The notes beneath the pieces were generated by a model that was not told the origin of the DNA, searched no databases, and saw only the letters and a program-made list of their open reading frames with translations. DNA of 63,580 bases, filler included, from Reticulomyxa filosa (taxonomy: Eukaryota; Protista; Foraminifera), in NCBI GenBank assembly GCA_000512085.1. It is 16 parts of 16 records of this genome, joined end to end, with 100 filler letters (N's around TTAATTAATTAA, not from the genome) between each part and the next. Parts side by side here need not be neighbours in the genome. Positions count along the whole stretch, not along the records: positions 19,649 to 27,556 come from ASPP01005221.1; positions 27,657 to 31,332 come from ASPP01003101.1; positions 31,433 to 32,528 come from ASPP01012722.1; positions 32,629 to 34,553 come from ASPP01012314.1; positions 34,654 to 38,780 come from ASPP01004328.1; positions 38,881 to 40,471 come from ASPP01025045.1; 10 more parts are not named here. One strand, 5' to 3'. The position numbers and the translations under genes are program-made. This document shows, one piece after another, positions 26,526-39,076 of this stretch (positions within the stretch are counted from its first letter, which is position 1; every line of letters starts with the position of its first letter).

Positions 26526-27440
26526 TCAAATGGCCCCATCAACTTTGATGGTAGTCGAATAGGGACTTAGGCTAGCACTAACATGTTGTTCAACTTGTTG
26601 AGAAAGGCTTTCACAACAAGAGGAAATGGAAAAGTCAAAGTGTTGAATAGTTCCATCTTTGCCAAGAGAGGGTGAATTTTGAGCTTTTACCACATATTTT
26701 GTATTGCGTCCACCGCCAATGTTCACGCTTTCATTTGAGCCGAGAATTTTTGGCAACGTCTTCCGAGACAAACAAAAAATGAAAAAATAAATAATTGATT
26801 TGTTAAAGTGAAAGATAGATAAGAAGATTGGAAGAACATTGCATAAATATAAATATATGTATATATACATACATATATGTACATGTATGTATACCTTCCA
26901 TTGGTTGATTTCTTTTCTGTACTGAGCACTAGTGACACATTCGTGAAACTTTGCGAATAACTCACATCGTTTGGACGTGCCATTGTACTTCCAACCAACA
27001 ACCAAATCCAAGGATAGCGGCTCGAAGGTGTCTCCGACAACACTTGTGTTTGTCTTGTTGTCGACAATCTCCGTTCCCGTGGCTTCAATTTCGCGGAGGT
27101 CATGAACGATAAATTCGGGAAGTGTACTGTGATAAGCTTTGCTGTTGGGCTTGCCATTGTCCCTCGTGTAATACACGTGGTTTTGCGAGGTTACGTCAAT
27201 GATACTGGCGCCTTGTCGAGACAGGGTCTGATTCATTTGTGGCCGCTTCGCTGTCTTTATCGTGTGCAATTCAAATACAAGATATCCTCCGTCACAGTCC
27301 GTGCAAGTGAAATGCGCGGCGCTTTGCGGTGGAATTATCCCAGTTTCCCTCATTGATGACGTTGATTTGCTTTCATTCGGTTGCAGAACAAAATGTAATC
27401 GGGGATGTTGATTAAGTGATTTGGGAAACAAATAAGAGCT
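26526..27440 (-). CDS. Hypothetical protein, C-terminal exons (5' truncated)
   Basis: 301-aa ORF that reads through an AT-microsatellite intron (~26763-26894). No family recognised. Confidence 0.55.
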   Translation of the reverse strand, partial: SSYLFPKSLNQHPRLHFVLQPNESKSTSSMRETGIIPPQSAAHFTCTDCDGGYLVFELHTIKTAKRPQMNQTLSRQGASIIDVTSQNHVYYTRDNGKPNSKAYHSTLPEFIVHDLREIEATGTEIVDNKTNTSVVGDTFEPLSLDLVVGWKYNGTSKRCELFAKFHECVTSAQYRKEINQWKVYIHVHICMYIYIYLYLCNVLPIFLSIFHFNKSIIYFFIFCLSRKTLPKILGSNESVNIGGGRNTKYVVKAQNSPSLGKDGTIQHFDFSISSCCESLSQQVEQHVSASLSPYSTTIKVDGAI

Positions 27441-28326
27441 TTGGAATATTTATGTATATATATATATATATGTATATATATATGTGTACATATACATATA
27501 TGTACATATATGTACATATATATACATTTACATTTATATACACACAAAACAAAACANNNNNNNNNNNNNNNNNNNNNNNNNNNNNNNNNNNNNNNNNNNN
27601 TTAATTAATTAANNNNNNNNNNNNNNNNNNNNNNNNNNNNNNNNNNNNNNNNNNNNCTTTTCTTAAAAAGCAATCACTATTTTAAATATCAAAATTTTGA
27701 AATACCAATTTAAAATATCAACAATAAGAAATTAGCAAAAAAAAAAATTAATATTTAAAAACTACAAGATTAGTAGATATTTTTAAATCTTTATTTTTCA
27801 TGGAGAAAATCGATTCTCTTCATAAGGATACCACTTAGGTATGGGCAATTTGCTGTACTCATATTTAATACAATGATCGGGGATACAAAAAGATGAGATT
27901 TCAGATAAATATTACATTATCTTATTTAATGATTGCTTGAAGAACAAATGAGATGATAAAAATATTAAATTATTCACAGAAATAAGAAAAATTTATTTCA
28001 ATTGATGAAATAACATGCACGACAATTATGTCAAGATTTTTAAAAACAAATGCATAAAATTAAGTTCCAAAATTAGATCTAAATGATACATTATGAAAAT
28101 GTTTCAACTTAGTCAGTGTGTAATTACAAATATGAAGGTAATTTATGATTGAAATTGCAATATATCATCATAATATGTTACTAATTTAAAATTAATTTTA
28201 ACTATCTTTTTTGGCAATCTTTCAGTTTAACAAAAAAAGAGAAAAAGTTAATAAATTTCATAATTGTGAGACTTACACAGATAAAATAAAAAACCAAATT
28301 AAAGGAAGAAATTATTTAGAAATATT

Positions 28327-28921
28327 TTAATTTTGCTTCTTCATGGAAAAATCAATCATTTCTTTATGCCAAGATTTATTCTTCAGACTGTATCTCATAA
28401 TAATTTTATCAAAATCATCGATCCATCCTAATTTTATCTTTAAAGTTCGGTTCCAATATTGGATAATACATTTTATTTTATATTTTGACTGTTTATTATT
28501 ATTTGTCAATCGAATTTATTTGTATTTCATCAAATAAATAATAAATAAAAAAATCATTACCAACTGTGTAGGATCCCATACATACACATTAGTCTTCATA
28601 TGAGTTGATACCGTTGCATGCATATCTACACCTCCAATAATGTGTATATGATTGTCTTCTTTACTCAATATTGCAACACAATTAGACAATGGACTAGGTA
28701 AGGTTTTTGAAATGTCATCCATTTATTCTCTCGAATTGAATACTTGTGCACTGATTTTGAAGCAATAGGGTAATTTAATCCACCAAAGAACAAGATAACA
28801 TCATTGATATGCACATATCATAATGATAGAATGATGCAATATCTTACAAACAGGTAGTTGATGATATTGAAAAGTGTTATTATCTTCATCATATTCAATT
28901 GATAATCCTGTCTTGAAACAA
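28327..28921 (-). pseudogene. 3' half of a Kelch-like paralogue with the terminal module exon (28327-28488)
   Basis: CFKTGLSIEYDEDNNTFQ, LPSPLSNCVAILSKEDNHIHIIGG, then an intron and SKYKIKCIIQYWNRTLKIKLGWIDDFDKIIMRY. Frameshifted; 5' half absent. Confidence 0.8.
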
Positions 28922-29341
28922 GGAAACATTTAAATGAATAAACAATTAAAAATCATTCCGATATCTTTAAGACAATGTTAATGGATTTCATGCAAAATTT
29001 TAGTATCGAATTTTTTTAAAAAGAGTTGTTGTTGAAACATACTGTCATTTTTGTTTGCTTACAAGTGCATGAATAAACAATACAGAACGTTTGGTTATCT
29101 TTCTTCTTTCTTAAAGGATACTTTAATAATAGAAGTTCTTAGAACATTTTTAAAACTTTCAAAATAGTCTTGTTAATTATAAGTATGCAATTGTGTGATA
29201 CAATCAATTTGCATTTTGTGTATTTTTCTAAGTCAGTTCATTTCAAAAATTTTTGGATTCTTTTTACTTTAAAAAGAGGACTTTTTATGTACTTCCTTCT
29301 AAAAAAACCTAAATACTTCATAGTTCATCGACATTAACAAC

Positions 29342-30556
29342 ATGAGCAGCCAAAACTTTCAAACGTTAAAGGAGTTGCCCATTCCACTTAATCAAGTGCA
29401 ATATGTGCTGCACAAACACGAAATCCTCATTTGTGGAGGTTATGGACAAAGAGCTTGTTATTCTTATCATACAATCAAAAATGAATACAAGTTTGTCTGT
29501 GAGTATCCACGCCATGTTCAATTACATGGACACTGTGTAGTAAAACTGGTGGATAACAACAACAACAAAGACAGAAATCAAGTCACTTTGTTGTCTTTTG
29601 GGTCTTCTTCGTTTGGATTAGATAAACATACATTGGTGATGAAATATTTGAGTGTTTGGAGTAATGACTCAAGCAAATCAAATGAATTCAACAATTACAA
29701 TAAATGGATTCCTTTCACAGACAATCGCAATCATCCAATTATCATTGGACGAAACAAAGATTGTTATATTGGAGCGCGTGCAGTGATTGGTGGAAGCAAG
29801 AGTCATTTGTTATTTATTACTTATAAAGAAAATGATATTAGTGTGTTTGATTTAAACACATTTCAATTTATTAAACATGCCACTTTACCAACTGTTAATC
29901 GAATATCATATCATTGCTTTATATCAAATTCAGAAAATGGACAAGGACAAGAAATGATAAAAACAAAAGAAGAAAAAAATAAACAAAATTATAAAATGCT
30001 GTTGTTTTGTTTCAAGACAGGATTATCAATTGAATATGATGAAGATAACAACACTATTCAATTTCATAACCTACATGTTTGTGATGATATTGCACCATTA
30101 AGTAGATATGCATATGTGTACGTCAATGATATCATTTTATTCTTTGGTGGAGCAAATTACCCTAATATTTCAAAATCATTGCACAAGTATTTAATTCGGG
30201 AAAACAAATGGACGACACTTCAAAACTATTTACCAATTCCATTGTATGATTGTGTTGCAATATTGAGTGAAGAAGACAATCATGTATATATTATTGGAGG
30301 AAGAGATGATACAAATATGGAAGTATCAACTCACACAAAGACTAAATTGCGTGTGTGTGATCCTTCATTGTTGGTAATGATTTGTTTATTTGTTCATTTT
30401 AATGAAACGCAAATAAATTGTATTGTATAAATAATAAATAACGGACAGTCGAAAAATGAAATAAAATGTATTGTCCAATATTGGACTCGAACTTTAAAGA
30501 TAAAATTAGGATGGATCGATTATTTTGATAAAATTATCATGAAATACAACAGATAA
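29342..30556 (+). CDS. Intact Kelch-like beta-propeller protein with C-terminal module; exons 29342-30373, 30449-30556
   Basis: 362-aa ORF with GG Kelch motifs. Phase-0 GT-AG intron 30374-30448. Last exon SKNEIKCIVQYWTRTLKIKLGWIDYFDKIIMKYNR*. Confidence 0.88.
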
Positions 30557-31432
30557 AATGAATCATACTATCTTGAAATATGTTTTTTAGTTTTGATTTT
30601 GGTTTTATTTTGTAATTATGAAATTTGTCAATTTTTTTAAGTATTTTCAAAATATATCTAAAAAAAAAGGTGTTAACAACCAAACCAAAACAAATTCAAT
30701 AAATATGCTATGAATGTTTTTATACTTTTTTAAAACTATCTAAAAAGTCATAAATATTAAAATCTTTAGTTAAAGATTTATTTACTGTATAGAAAATCAG
30801 TTATTACTGGTCATTTATACCAATTGAGAATCTAAACTTAAATTTTGAGGTAAAATTACATATAAAGAAAAAAAATAACAACAATTAATTTACGTGCATG
30901 AAGAATTATTTTAAAAACTTCCTTTGCATTGACCGTTTATGCCTTATTTTTTTTTTTGATATGAATCATTGTACTTGCAATTTCCTACGAACTGCTGATG
31001 TGCATGCGGAGATATTTATTGCATTATCATCCTTTGGCTTTGATTGCTCGGCATTGGCGACCACTTTGGTTGATTCTGAACTTCGTTTTTAGTCTTTTTT
31101 CAGGAATTGGAATCATTCTTTTAATTTTCGGTCTTGATGTGCTCTTTCTTTGCTTGATGGGTCTTGATTGACTTAGCTTTCTGTCGACATGACTGATATA
31201 TCCATGTAGAAAATTTTGGGGTTACTCTTACCCTCTTTTTTAAAATCTTCCTCAGCAATTGGCTAGGTCCTCATCAAGGTAATAATCATAGACATTTTAT
31301 TTCTTTATACAAATATGAACAATTCCTTGCAANNNNNNNNNNNNNNNNNNNNNNNNNNNNNNNNNNNNNNNNNNNNTTAATTAATTAANNNNNNNNNNNN
31401 NNNNNNNNNNNNNNNNNNNNNNNNNNNNNNNN

Positions 31433-31473
<41 letters not shown>

Positions 31474-31535
31474 AATGTATGCAAATCTCCTTTTGCTTCT
31501 CGAAAATATATGCATGTGTGCGATACAAATGACAG

Positions 31536-32195
31536 GAAATGCCATCCGCTTTAATTGAAAAAAGCACAATGATGATGGGCTCGAATGAAGATCTTTCCAA
31601 TTTGTCTGCACAGCGACAAACGCAGACGCCAACACCGGCTCCGAATCAAAGTCAGATTCAAGCTCAAGCTCAAGCTCAAGCTCAAGCTCAAGTTCAAACT
31701 CAAACCCAGGTTCAAGCGCAAGTACAAGTACAAGGTACCATGCATCAAGCATCTGGAACCGCATATCCGTATTGGGTAATTGACCCCTCGATGATGCTGC
31801 AGTCAATGAACTTGGCGAATCCATGGGACCAAATGCAACACCAACAGTCGCAATCGCAGCCCCAATCCCAACCGCAATCACAGTCGCAACCCTTGTCTCT
31901 GTCCCAGTCTCAATCTCAATCTCAATCCCAATCTCAATCTCAGCCGCAGTCACAATCGCAATCGCAATCGCAGCCGCAGTCCCACTTGTTGAATGGGACA
32001 TTGCCGAATGCCTCCATCACCTCGTTCTTGAACACCACCGGAAATGGCATCACCGGAGTTCCGACACTCAACAGTGGTGCGGGTCAAATGCCAATTCCAA
32101 TGCCGACATGGGGCAATGGCTTAGTATCTGGAAATGGAATGCATAATGCGAATATGAGCAATACCAATAACAACAATAGTAACAATAATAGCAAT

Positions 32196-32232
<37 letters not shown>

Positions 32233-32476
32233 GTCACAGCAATATGCAAAAAGGCTTAAATGGCAATACGAAAAACACACATGTCACAAGCTTGTCTGTG
32301 CCAACGCTAAGTGACCTAAACTCCATTCTCAGCGATCTCAATTTGCGATTGAATCAGCTGTCCACCACGGCCGCACAAAACTCCAAACAAGCATCTTCCC
32401 AGCGTCCCACGGCGCTGCAAGGACTACCACCTCCTACTCTCATCAACAGAGCCTCTTCCTTGCCAACGACCAATGG
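31536..32476 (+). CDS. Exon of a Q/S/N-rich low-complexity protein (partial)
   Basis: Open frame with (QA)n, (QS)n and poly-N tracts, bounded by AG (31534-31535) and a GT donor near 32476. Confidence 0.6.
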
Positions 32477-32491
32477 TAATGTATTTATCAT

Positions 32492-32528
<37 letters not shown>

Positions 32529-32628
32529 NNNNNNNNNNNNNNNNNNNNNNNNNNNNNNNNNNNNNNNNNNNNTTAATTAATTAANNNNNNNNNNNNNNNN
32601 NNNNNNNNNNNNNNNNNNNNNNNNNNNN

Positions 32629-34553
32629 GACATATTCGACAATATCTATTTTTTTTTTTGAGTCATTTCTCATATACAAATATATGCATAGAAAAAATAC
32701 TATGAATATAAAAATAAAAAGTATACACACTTTTGACCATCGACGACTTGATATCTTTGATTTAATACATCATACAATGAATCATACAATTGTTCCAATT
32801 TCAAAAGCAAACACAAACGACCCGCGCTCATTGCAGTTCTAACTTTTTCAATCGTTCGATACAGATACACGGTGGAATCAATGTCCCCGGCAAACTTGCT
32901 ACCGAATATGACGTCTGTCGACTCTGGAGACGCAATGCCCTTGTCAAAGAGCACCTTCCACATGAACGGAGATTCGGTAATCAACATGATATTGCGCATC
33001 TCGTTGCTTGGTGGATTGTCCATACGCGTCTGCCGTATATTGTCGTCGATTAACCGCAAAGGCGAATACGTTTCCCAAATATCTTCGCCATTTAGCAAAT
33101 CGCCATCGAGCAAGTTCTTGGAAATTTTCGGGAACAAGAACGATTCGGTTTGCTCTTTTGTCATTCCGCCAAAGTTTCTCATCACCGCCTCAATCAACAC
33201 ATCTTTGGACACATCCTTTCGGATTTCCACGCAATACTTCAAGTAGCTGCACAGGGAATAAAAGTCGCGATATCCGAAAAAGTCGAACTTGAACGGAGAG
33301 CTGTCGTGATCTTTCATTATCGAATCGTACAAAGACGCCATTTGTGGAATTTTCGCTACCAACACGCAGCTCGCAGGAGTCTCTTCACCACTCGATATTA
33401 TTTCTTGTGCCGTTTGCTCAAGCTCCTTTTGGTTGGGTTGCATTACTTGGTGTAACACAACACGATTCATTTTGGCGGCATCCAATTTCCAATTACTTAT
33501 TATTATATATTATTATATTATTGTTATTGCTATGTTATTGTTTCTAATGTCAGCCTTTCTTTCCCTCTTACAAGATCTCACACACACAAACAAACCTGAG
33601 GCCAATGAATGCAATTTTTCTATCCTCTTCTTCCAACAATTGATGCAGTACTTTCAAAGGACGATGTTTGGATTGCTCGGCCAGTCCTACTTCGTCCAAT
33701 ACCAACACTACGCTTTTGTTCGCTTGTTCTTTGCCTTTATTGAGTGGTGTCTTCTGTCGATCATCTTCGGACAGTCTTTTTTTTTTTTTTTTTTTTTTTT
33801 TTCCAATGTTTTCATTTTCTCGTGTCATACACACACATACACATACACTACGTATACAAACAAACAAACAAAAATCCGTTTTCAACTGTTCCAATCTCTC
33901 GCGAAAGCTGACAGCAATTTCCCATCGTTTTTTAATCAGATCCGCTGTTGTCAACTTCGAACATTGGAAAGAAACCACGAAAAAGTCGTCAAAGCCCATT
34001 TGTGTCAACGCCTTATTTTTACTTGAAGACGCCAAGTTTGCTTGTAGTGTTGCCATTGCTAATGTCTTGGATGATCCTTTTTTAAATCAAAAAAAAAAAT
34101 ACGTATACTCAATGTACACATAAGCATTACGTATATGTTGCAAGTGAAACAAACCAGGTCGGCCGACAACAATGGTAGGAGTCTTGGTGGCCAAAGCGAC
34201 CAAAATGACAAACAGATTTTCTCGAAAAGCGAGATTGAGCGCAATTCCAGGCGAGACGTCCAGTTTTCGGACGTAACGCCACTGCTCTTGTTCCACCGTT
34301 TGCTCGAATTCGATATGTTGCTGTGACTTTTCGACGAGCTTTTGCTGGATGGCGTTGCCATACATGAACCTTTGCTCGACATTTAACCGATAGTAGTAGC
34401 ATTGTGCCAATGCCAACGTGATGGACTCGATCACACTTTGATACGTTCCGACGGCTTCACGAGAATTGAAAAACCACAAAAACAATGAATTCACTCGTCG
34501 AATATCACGCAACGAGCACACGCTGCGGTCTCGCAACTGTCCCCTTTTTTTTT
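32629..34553 (-). CDS. RNF213: RNF213/mysterin-like giant AAA+ ATPase (internal multi-exon fragment)
   Basis: SVCSLRDIRR, LALAQCYYYRL, IALNLAFRENLF, Walker A GRPGSSKT (split by intron 34077-34154), SFQCS, Walker B VLVLDEVGLAE..PLKVLH, SNWKLDAAKMNR, FFGYRDFYSL, RNFGG, FGSKFAGD, LYDSLYDVLNQ. Confidence 0.9.
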
Positions 34554-35244
34554 NNNNNNNNNNNNNNNNNNNNNNNNNNNNNNNNNNNNNNNNNNNNTTA
34601 ATTAATTAANNNNNNNNNNNNNNNNNNNNNNNNNNNNNNNNNNNNNNNNNNNNTTGTATCGTCAATTTCTTCGCGTATCCAAACAAACCTGTTGGTTCGA
34701 AATTCTCTGCTTTTTTTCTTTCTAAAAAATTTTTTGAAATTAGTTTGGTGGGAAGCAAAAGTAAGAGTTTTTCATTTTTTTGCCTTTTTCCTTTTTTTTA
34801 AAACATAATTGTAATTACTTTAACGATAATGCAATTGTTATTATTTGACCATTATTGTTTGTATATTGATTATATTGTTTTGTAAATTGATCATTGTCTT
34901 CAAATTTTTCAACAATGAAAGATACCAGAGCATGCTCATGTTTGAAAAACCCAACTGGTCCTGAGAAATAAAAGATTGGAATACTGTTTCTTATTGTGGC
35001 CTAGCATACACTGAATTGCTTATTTTTTTTTCATTAGATTTATTAAGTTTATTATTGAAGTTTTTAACATGATATTTTTTTTATAAAAAAATGTAAAACT
35101 TGACTTCTTTGTCGAACGTAGCATGTCCTTCTTTGGACAAAAACTAACTAAAAATGGTGAATAAATATAAACGCTGTTAAAGAAATCCAAATAACTTAAG
35201 ATAAAGCCATTTCACAAAACAATTAAACATTTCAATAAGCATGT

Positions 35245-35625
35245 TCACAACATAACTGGGTCATGTGCTTTTGTTAAACAAAAACAATTGATAACGAGAC
35301 CTAAAGAAGAAACATCACAAGTTCGAATTGGAAATAATTTATTCATCTTTGTATCACATTCTTTGTCTGAAAAGTCGTCACAATGCACCCAATCTTGTGG
35401 TATGGTCAGATTACAAGTTAAATCGTCCTTGCACTCTACCTGCACCGTCCAAATTGGATGATATTTTGTTTCATCTTCTATTCCAGTTTGTTTTAAACAT
35501 GGAGATGACGGAACAATGGTATTGACTACATTTATTTTTACCAACAAATCCCGTAAATTCATTCGTAGTTCTTTCATTATCTTTCCTAAATCATGTTTGC
35601 GGTTGCCATTTATCTTCAACTGTCC
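35245..35625 (-). CDS. Hypothetical protein, terminal exon
   Basis: 124-aa ORF with normal composition; no family recognised. Confidence 0.3.
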   Translation of the reverse strand, partial: GQLKINGNRKHDLGKIMKELRMNLRDLLVKINVVNTIVPSSPCLKQTGIEDETKYHPIWTVQVECKDDLTCNLTIPQDWVHCDDFSDKECDTKMNKLFPIRTCDVSSLGLVINCFCLTKAHDPVML

Positions 35626-37092
35626 GATTGAAATTGCAAGAATTCAGTAAAGTGAATCAACAAATAACAACAAAAAAAAAACAAGTGACTACTGTCGACC
35701 TTTGTTATAACATATATGTGCAAATGTTATTCAATATTATAAGTCGAACTTAACTTTAGTGATCAATACATATTTCTCCATTTCTTCAAAAGTGTTTGGA
35801 TTTTTTAAAAAAATTATCAATTTTTGCAATAATCCCTTTATTTTAATTTTTTTTGTTTGTTTGTGTTCAAGAATCGTTAAATGGCAAAAACATAATGCAT
35901 AATGATAACACTGAACTTTTGCTAACCAACTTTCAACTCCTTGTTTGAGGAGCTAATTTTTTTATTATTCAAAATCGTGTCCCCTTTTCTTTCTTAAAAA
36001 AAATATGTATGGCTATATACAAGTTATTGAGTATTAACAGTTCGAATATATGTGTTTAGCTCGGGATGTCGACATTGATAAACAACAATCCCATATCTCT
36101 TTACTTTTTCAAAGGCTTGTGGTGGGTACACATTTCGATGAAAGCTGATGTCGAATTTTTGAATTATCTTATTTGTATTGATTTTTTCTTTGGGTAAAGA
36201 TACAAAAAATCAGTAACAGTATGTTGTGAATGACAATTTCAAAGGTCCAAAGTAATTCGTCAGTAATTTCTGTGAAAGGAGAATGACCAACATTTTAGGT
36301 ACAATGTCTCAAAAATTTGGGAGCACTTGAAGAATTTTACCTTTTGGAAAATCCAAACCAATACTTTTCGTCATTTCGGCAAAGAATTTTTTATACAACC
36401 TAAATTCCCTTTTCAAAAGTTTTTTGTTGCGGAAGAAAAAAATCTTGGAAAATTAAATAATATGCTTTCAACGTTTAAACAGACTTATTCTATACAAAAA
36501 CAAAATAGGAGGTTTGTTTGGACACTTTCTCTCATCAAACTATACATTCCGTTTTATAATTGGAGGAACTCGAATCCTTACAAACAATGGTTCTGTCAGC
36601 CTTAATTAGGGTGACCAACGTGTGTTTTTTTGCAACGAAAAAAAAAGAGAAATCATTGAAATTAATTTATGACCGTGCTTAAATAAACTATTATGCCAAA
36701 ATAAAAAGTGAAAATCTGCGTTTTTTTTTAGTAGAGTCGTAATGTAGAAAAACAAGCAATCTGTTTCAGCAATTTCACTTATGTTAAAAAAAGACATGGC
36801 AATATTCTTTGTTCAATAAATGTTGCTTCAGTTTTGTATTTTCAACAAAATCTCTTCGATTTTTTTAACAAGACTTCTTTTGCAATGTTTTTGGAGAGGT
36901 TGTATTTACTCCAGCTCAAATAAAAAAGAAAGTCAATAACTAGTATACAAATGTCTGATCGGGTAATATAAAACTTGAATATTTATTATTGCAAAAGCGA
37001 AAGAATTTGCTATCAACAAAATTGCAGTAGATGCAATTTTACATAAAACTGACTGAATAAGCAAAAAATATATCTTACAATTATCAAAGCAA

Positions 37093-38760
37093 CTATTTCC
37101 AACCCATAAATTTTTTATATGCATCATCTTCCATTTGTGTTACCCTATCTTCACCCCAATCTCCACTCTTTGTCCGGCTGCGATATCTAGGTTTTTGAGG
37201 AAAGTCACAAAATATATTTTCCAAATTGCAATATTGCATTATCGGTCCAAAAACATCTTCCGGATCTGTTTTTCCTTGCCTCCATATAGTCGGCATGTAA
37301 TTTTTGGAGTGAGCCCACAAAGGCACGTACTTAGTGTTGTCAGGTTCGTCATCAGAAAAGTCACTATTTGTTTATTTTCGATTGTTTATCTGAATCTCAA
37401 CTATGATCAATCAGATTTTTTTTAAAAGCTACCTTTCGTGATCTGACATTTCATATTGCACAGACGACGCTTCAGCTTGTATATTGTTGATCCTTCCTGG
37501 AGACTTCCTAAATGGTTCGTTTTCATTAATTGTATTGGCGACTTGTTGCGACAATTGCCCCATCGGCCACTGTATTGATCCATTTTTTTTGTTGTTGAGC
37601 GAGTTCGTATAACAAGAGTTATAACAAATGAGAAAATATAAAAGCAAAACTTTGTTTGATTTTGGAACATGCGTCTCGGACATTTTCGATTGGAAGTGAT
37701 GATCTCCATTTCTTGTGTCATGTCCAACAGCAAATTGCAAAAACTTTTTTGTAAACGTAGGCATTGTGCTAGAGTTAGAGATAAATTTGTGAAATTTTGT
37801 CTGCTCTTCTCTTGGTTCGTACATGTGTTCAATCTTTTTCATCGACACTTTGTGCTGTTCACTCCATTTCTGACTTGAAAGTGGTGACACTTCGATGTCC
37901 ATGTTTTCAAGATCTGCATATTTAATACAGTTTGTAAAAAATTTCTTTACACTAAAAAACAAAGACTGTTTAATTTATTTATTTTTTTTTTTTTACCTTC
38001 CAAACTTTTGTTTTCGTTTTGGTCAAAGTTAAGTGTCAATTCTGAAAAGGATGACTTCTGCGCAAGCATATCCCATGCCGATTGCCTATTATTTGTGTCT
38101 TGCGTCTTGTTGATAGTGAAGACAGTGATATTGGGAGAACGACGATCTGTCGTGCCTGTATGTGTAACACTTTCGACGTTCCAATGTTTGACAGGATCAG
38201 GTGTTTTTTGCCAGAAATGGCCCATTGGAGACAAATGGTGAGCTGTACTTTTGTCAAAATTACTGAATTGCATCTTGAGATCAGGTTGCGCTATGTGCTC
38301 GTGGGAACTTTGCTCGTTCATTCGTCTCTTTTTGGTGGGAGGTGGCAATAACCGATTTTCTGTTTCGCCACAATTTTTGGCTTTGTAGCCTTAACGTCGC
38401 TTTTCGCTTCAACCCCATTTCCGGTCGTGTTAACGTCTAGTTGTACTTAAACCGGTAGACACTGTTACAATGTTGGTCCACAAGGAAATGGACAGTTATA
38501 TTTAATCACTTTACTTCAATTGATAAACTAAATTTATTTATACCTGGACGCCCTTGTTAGAACCTAAAAGAGCTCTCACGTCCGGTGGCACCTTGTCCCT
38601 CTCGCTCCCGTTTTCAGTTCTGTGTTCAATCAGCCCCTTTTTCAAACTGTTGACAAGAGTGCTGATAGGTCTCTTTTGGGGGCTTATCGGCGTTTTTTTT
38701 TCATTTGTAGTCGGGTCATCTTTCTTTGGATCTCTATTTTTATGGTATAATCCACTGTTT
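37093..38760 (-). CDS. INCENP: INCENP-like protein, C-terminal part with IN-box (Aurora-binding)
   Basis: Disordered exons ending in YEMSD..SDDE..VPLWA..Q..DPEDVFG..CNLENIF..RYRSRTKSGDWGEDRVT..YKKFMG, the IN-box pattern. Confidence 0.85.
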
Positions 38761-39076
38761 TTGTTTTTGTTTTTTTTTTTNNNNNNNNNNNNNNNNNNNN
38801 NNNNNNNNNNNNNNNNNNNNNNNNTTAATTAATTAANNNNNNNNNNNNNNNNNNNNNNNNNNNNNNNNNNNNNNNNNNNNTCCACATGGAAAATATTTCA
38901 ATTTTGTTGGTTCAAAAAAATATATCTGTTTTTTCCACTTTGGTCTCTGACATTATCTATGTAATAAAATGCCAAATTTTAATGAAAAGCAATTACCTAA
39001 AGGACACAAATATTAGAAAGTTGAATGAAAAATGCATAAATATTTTTCCCATTTTTGGATTATTACAAAAATAATA

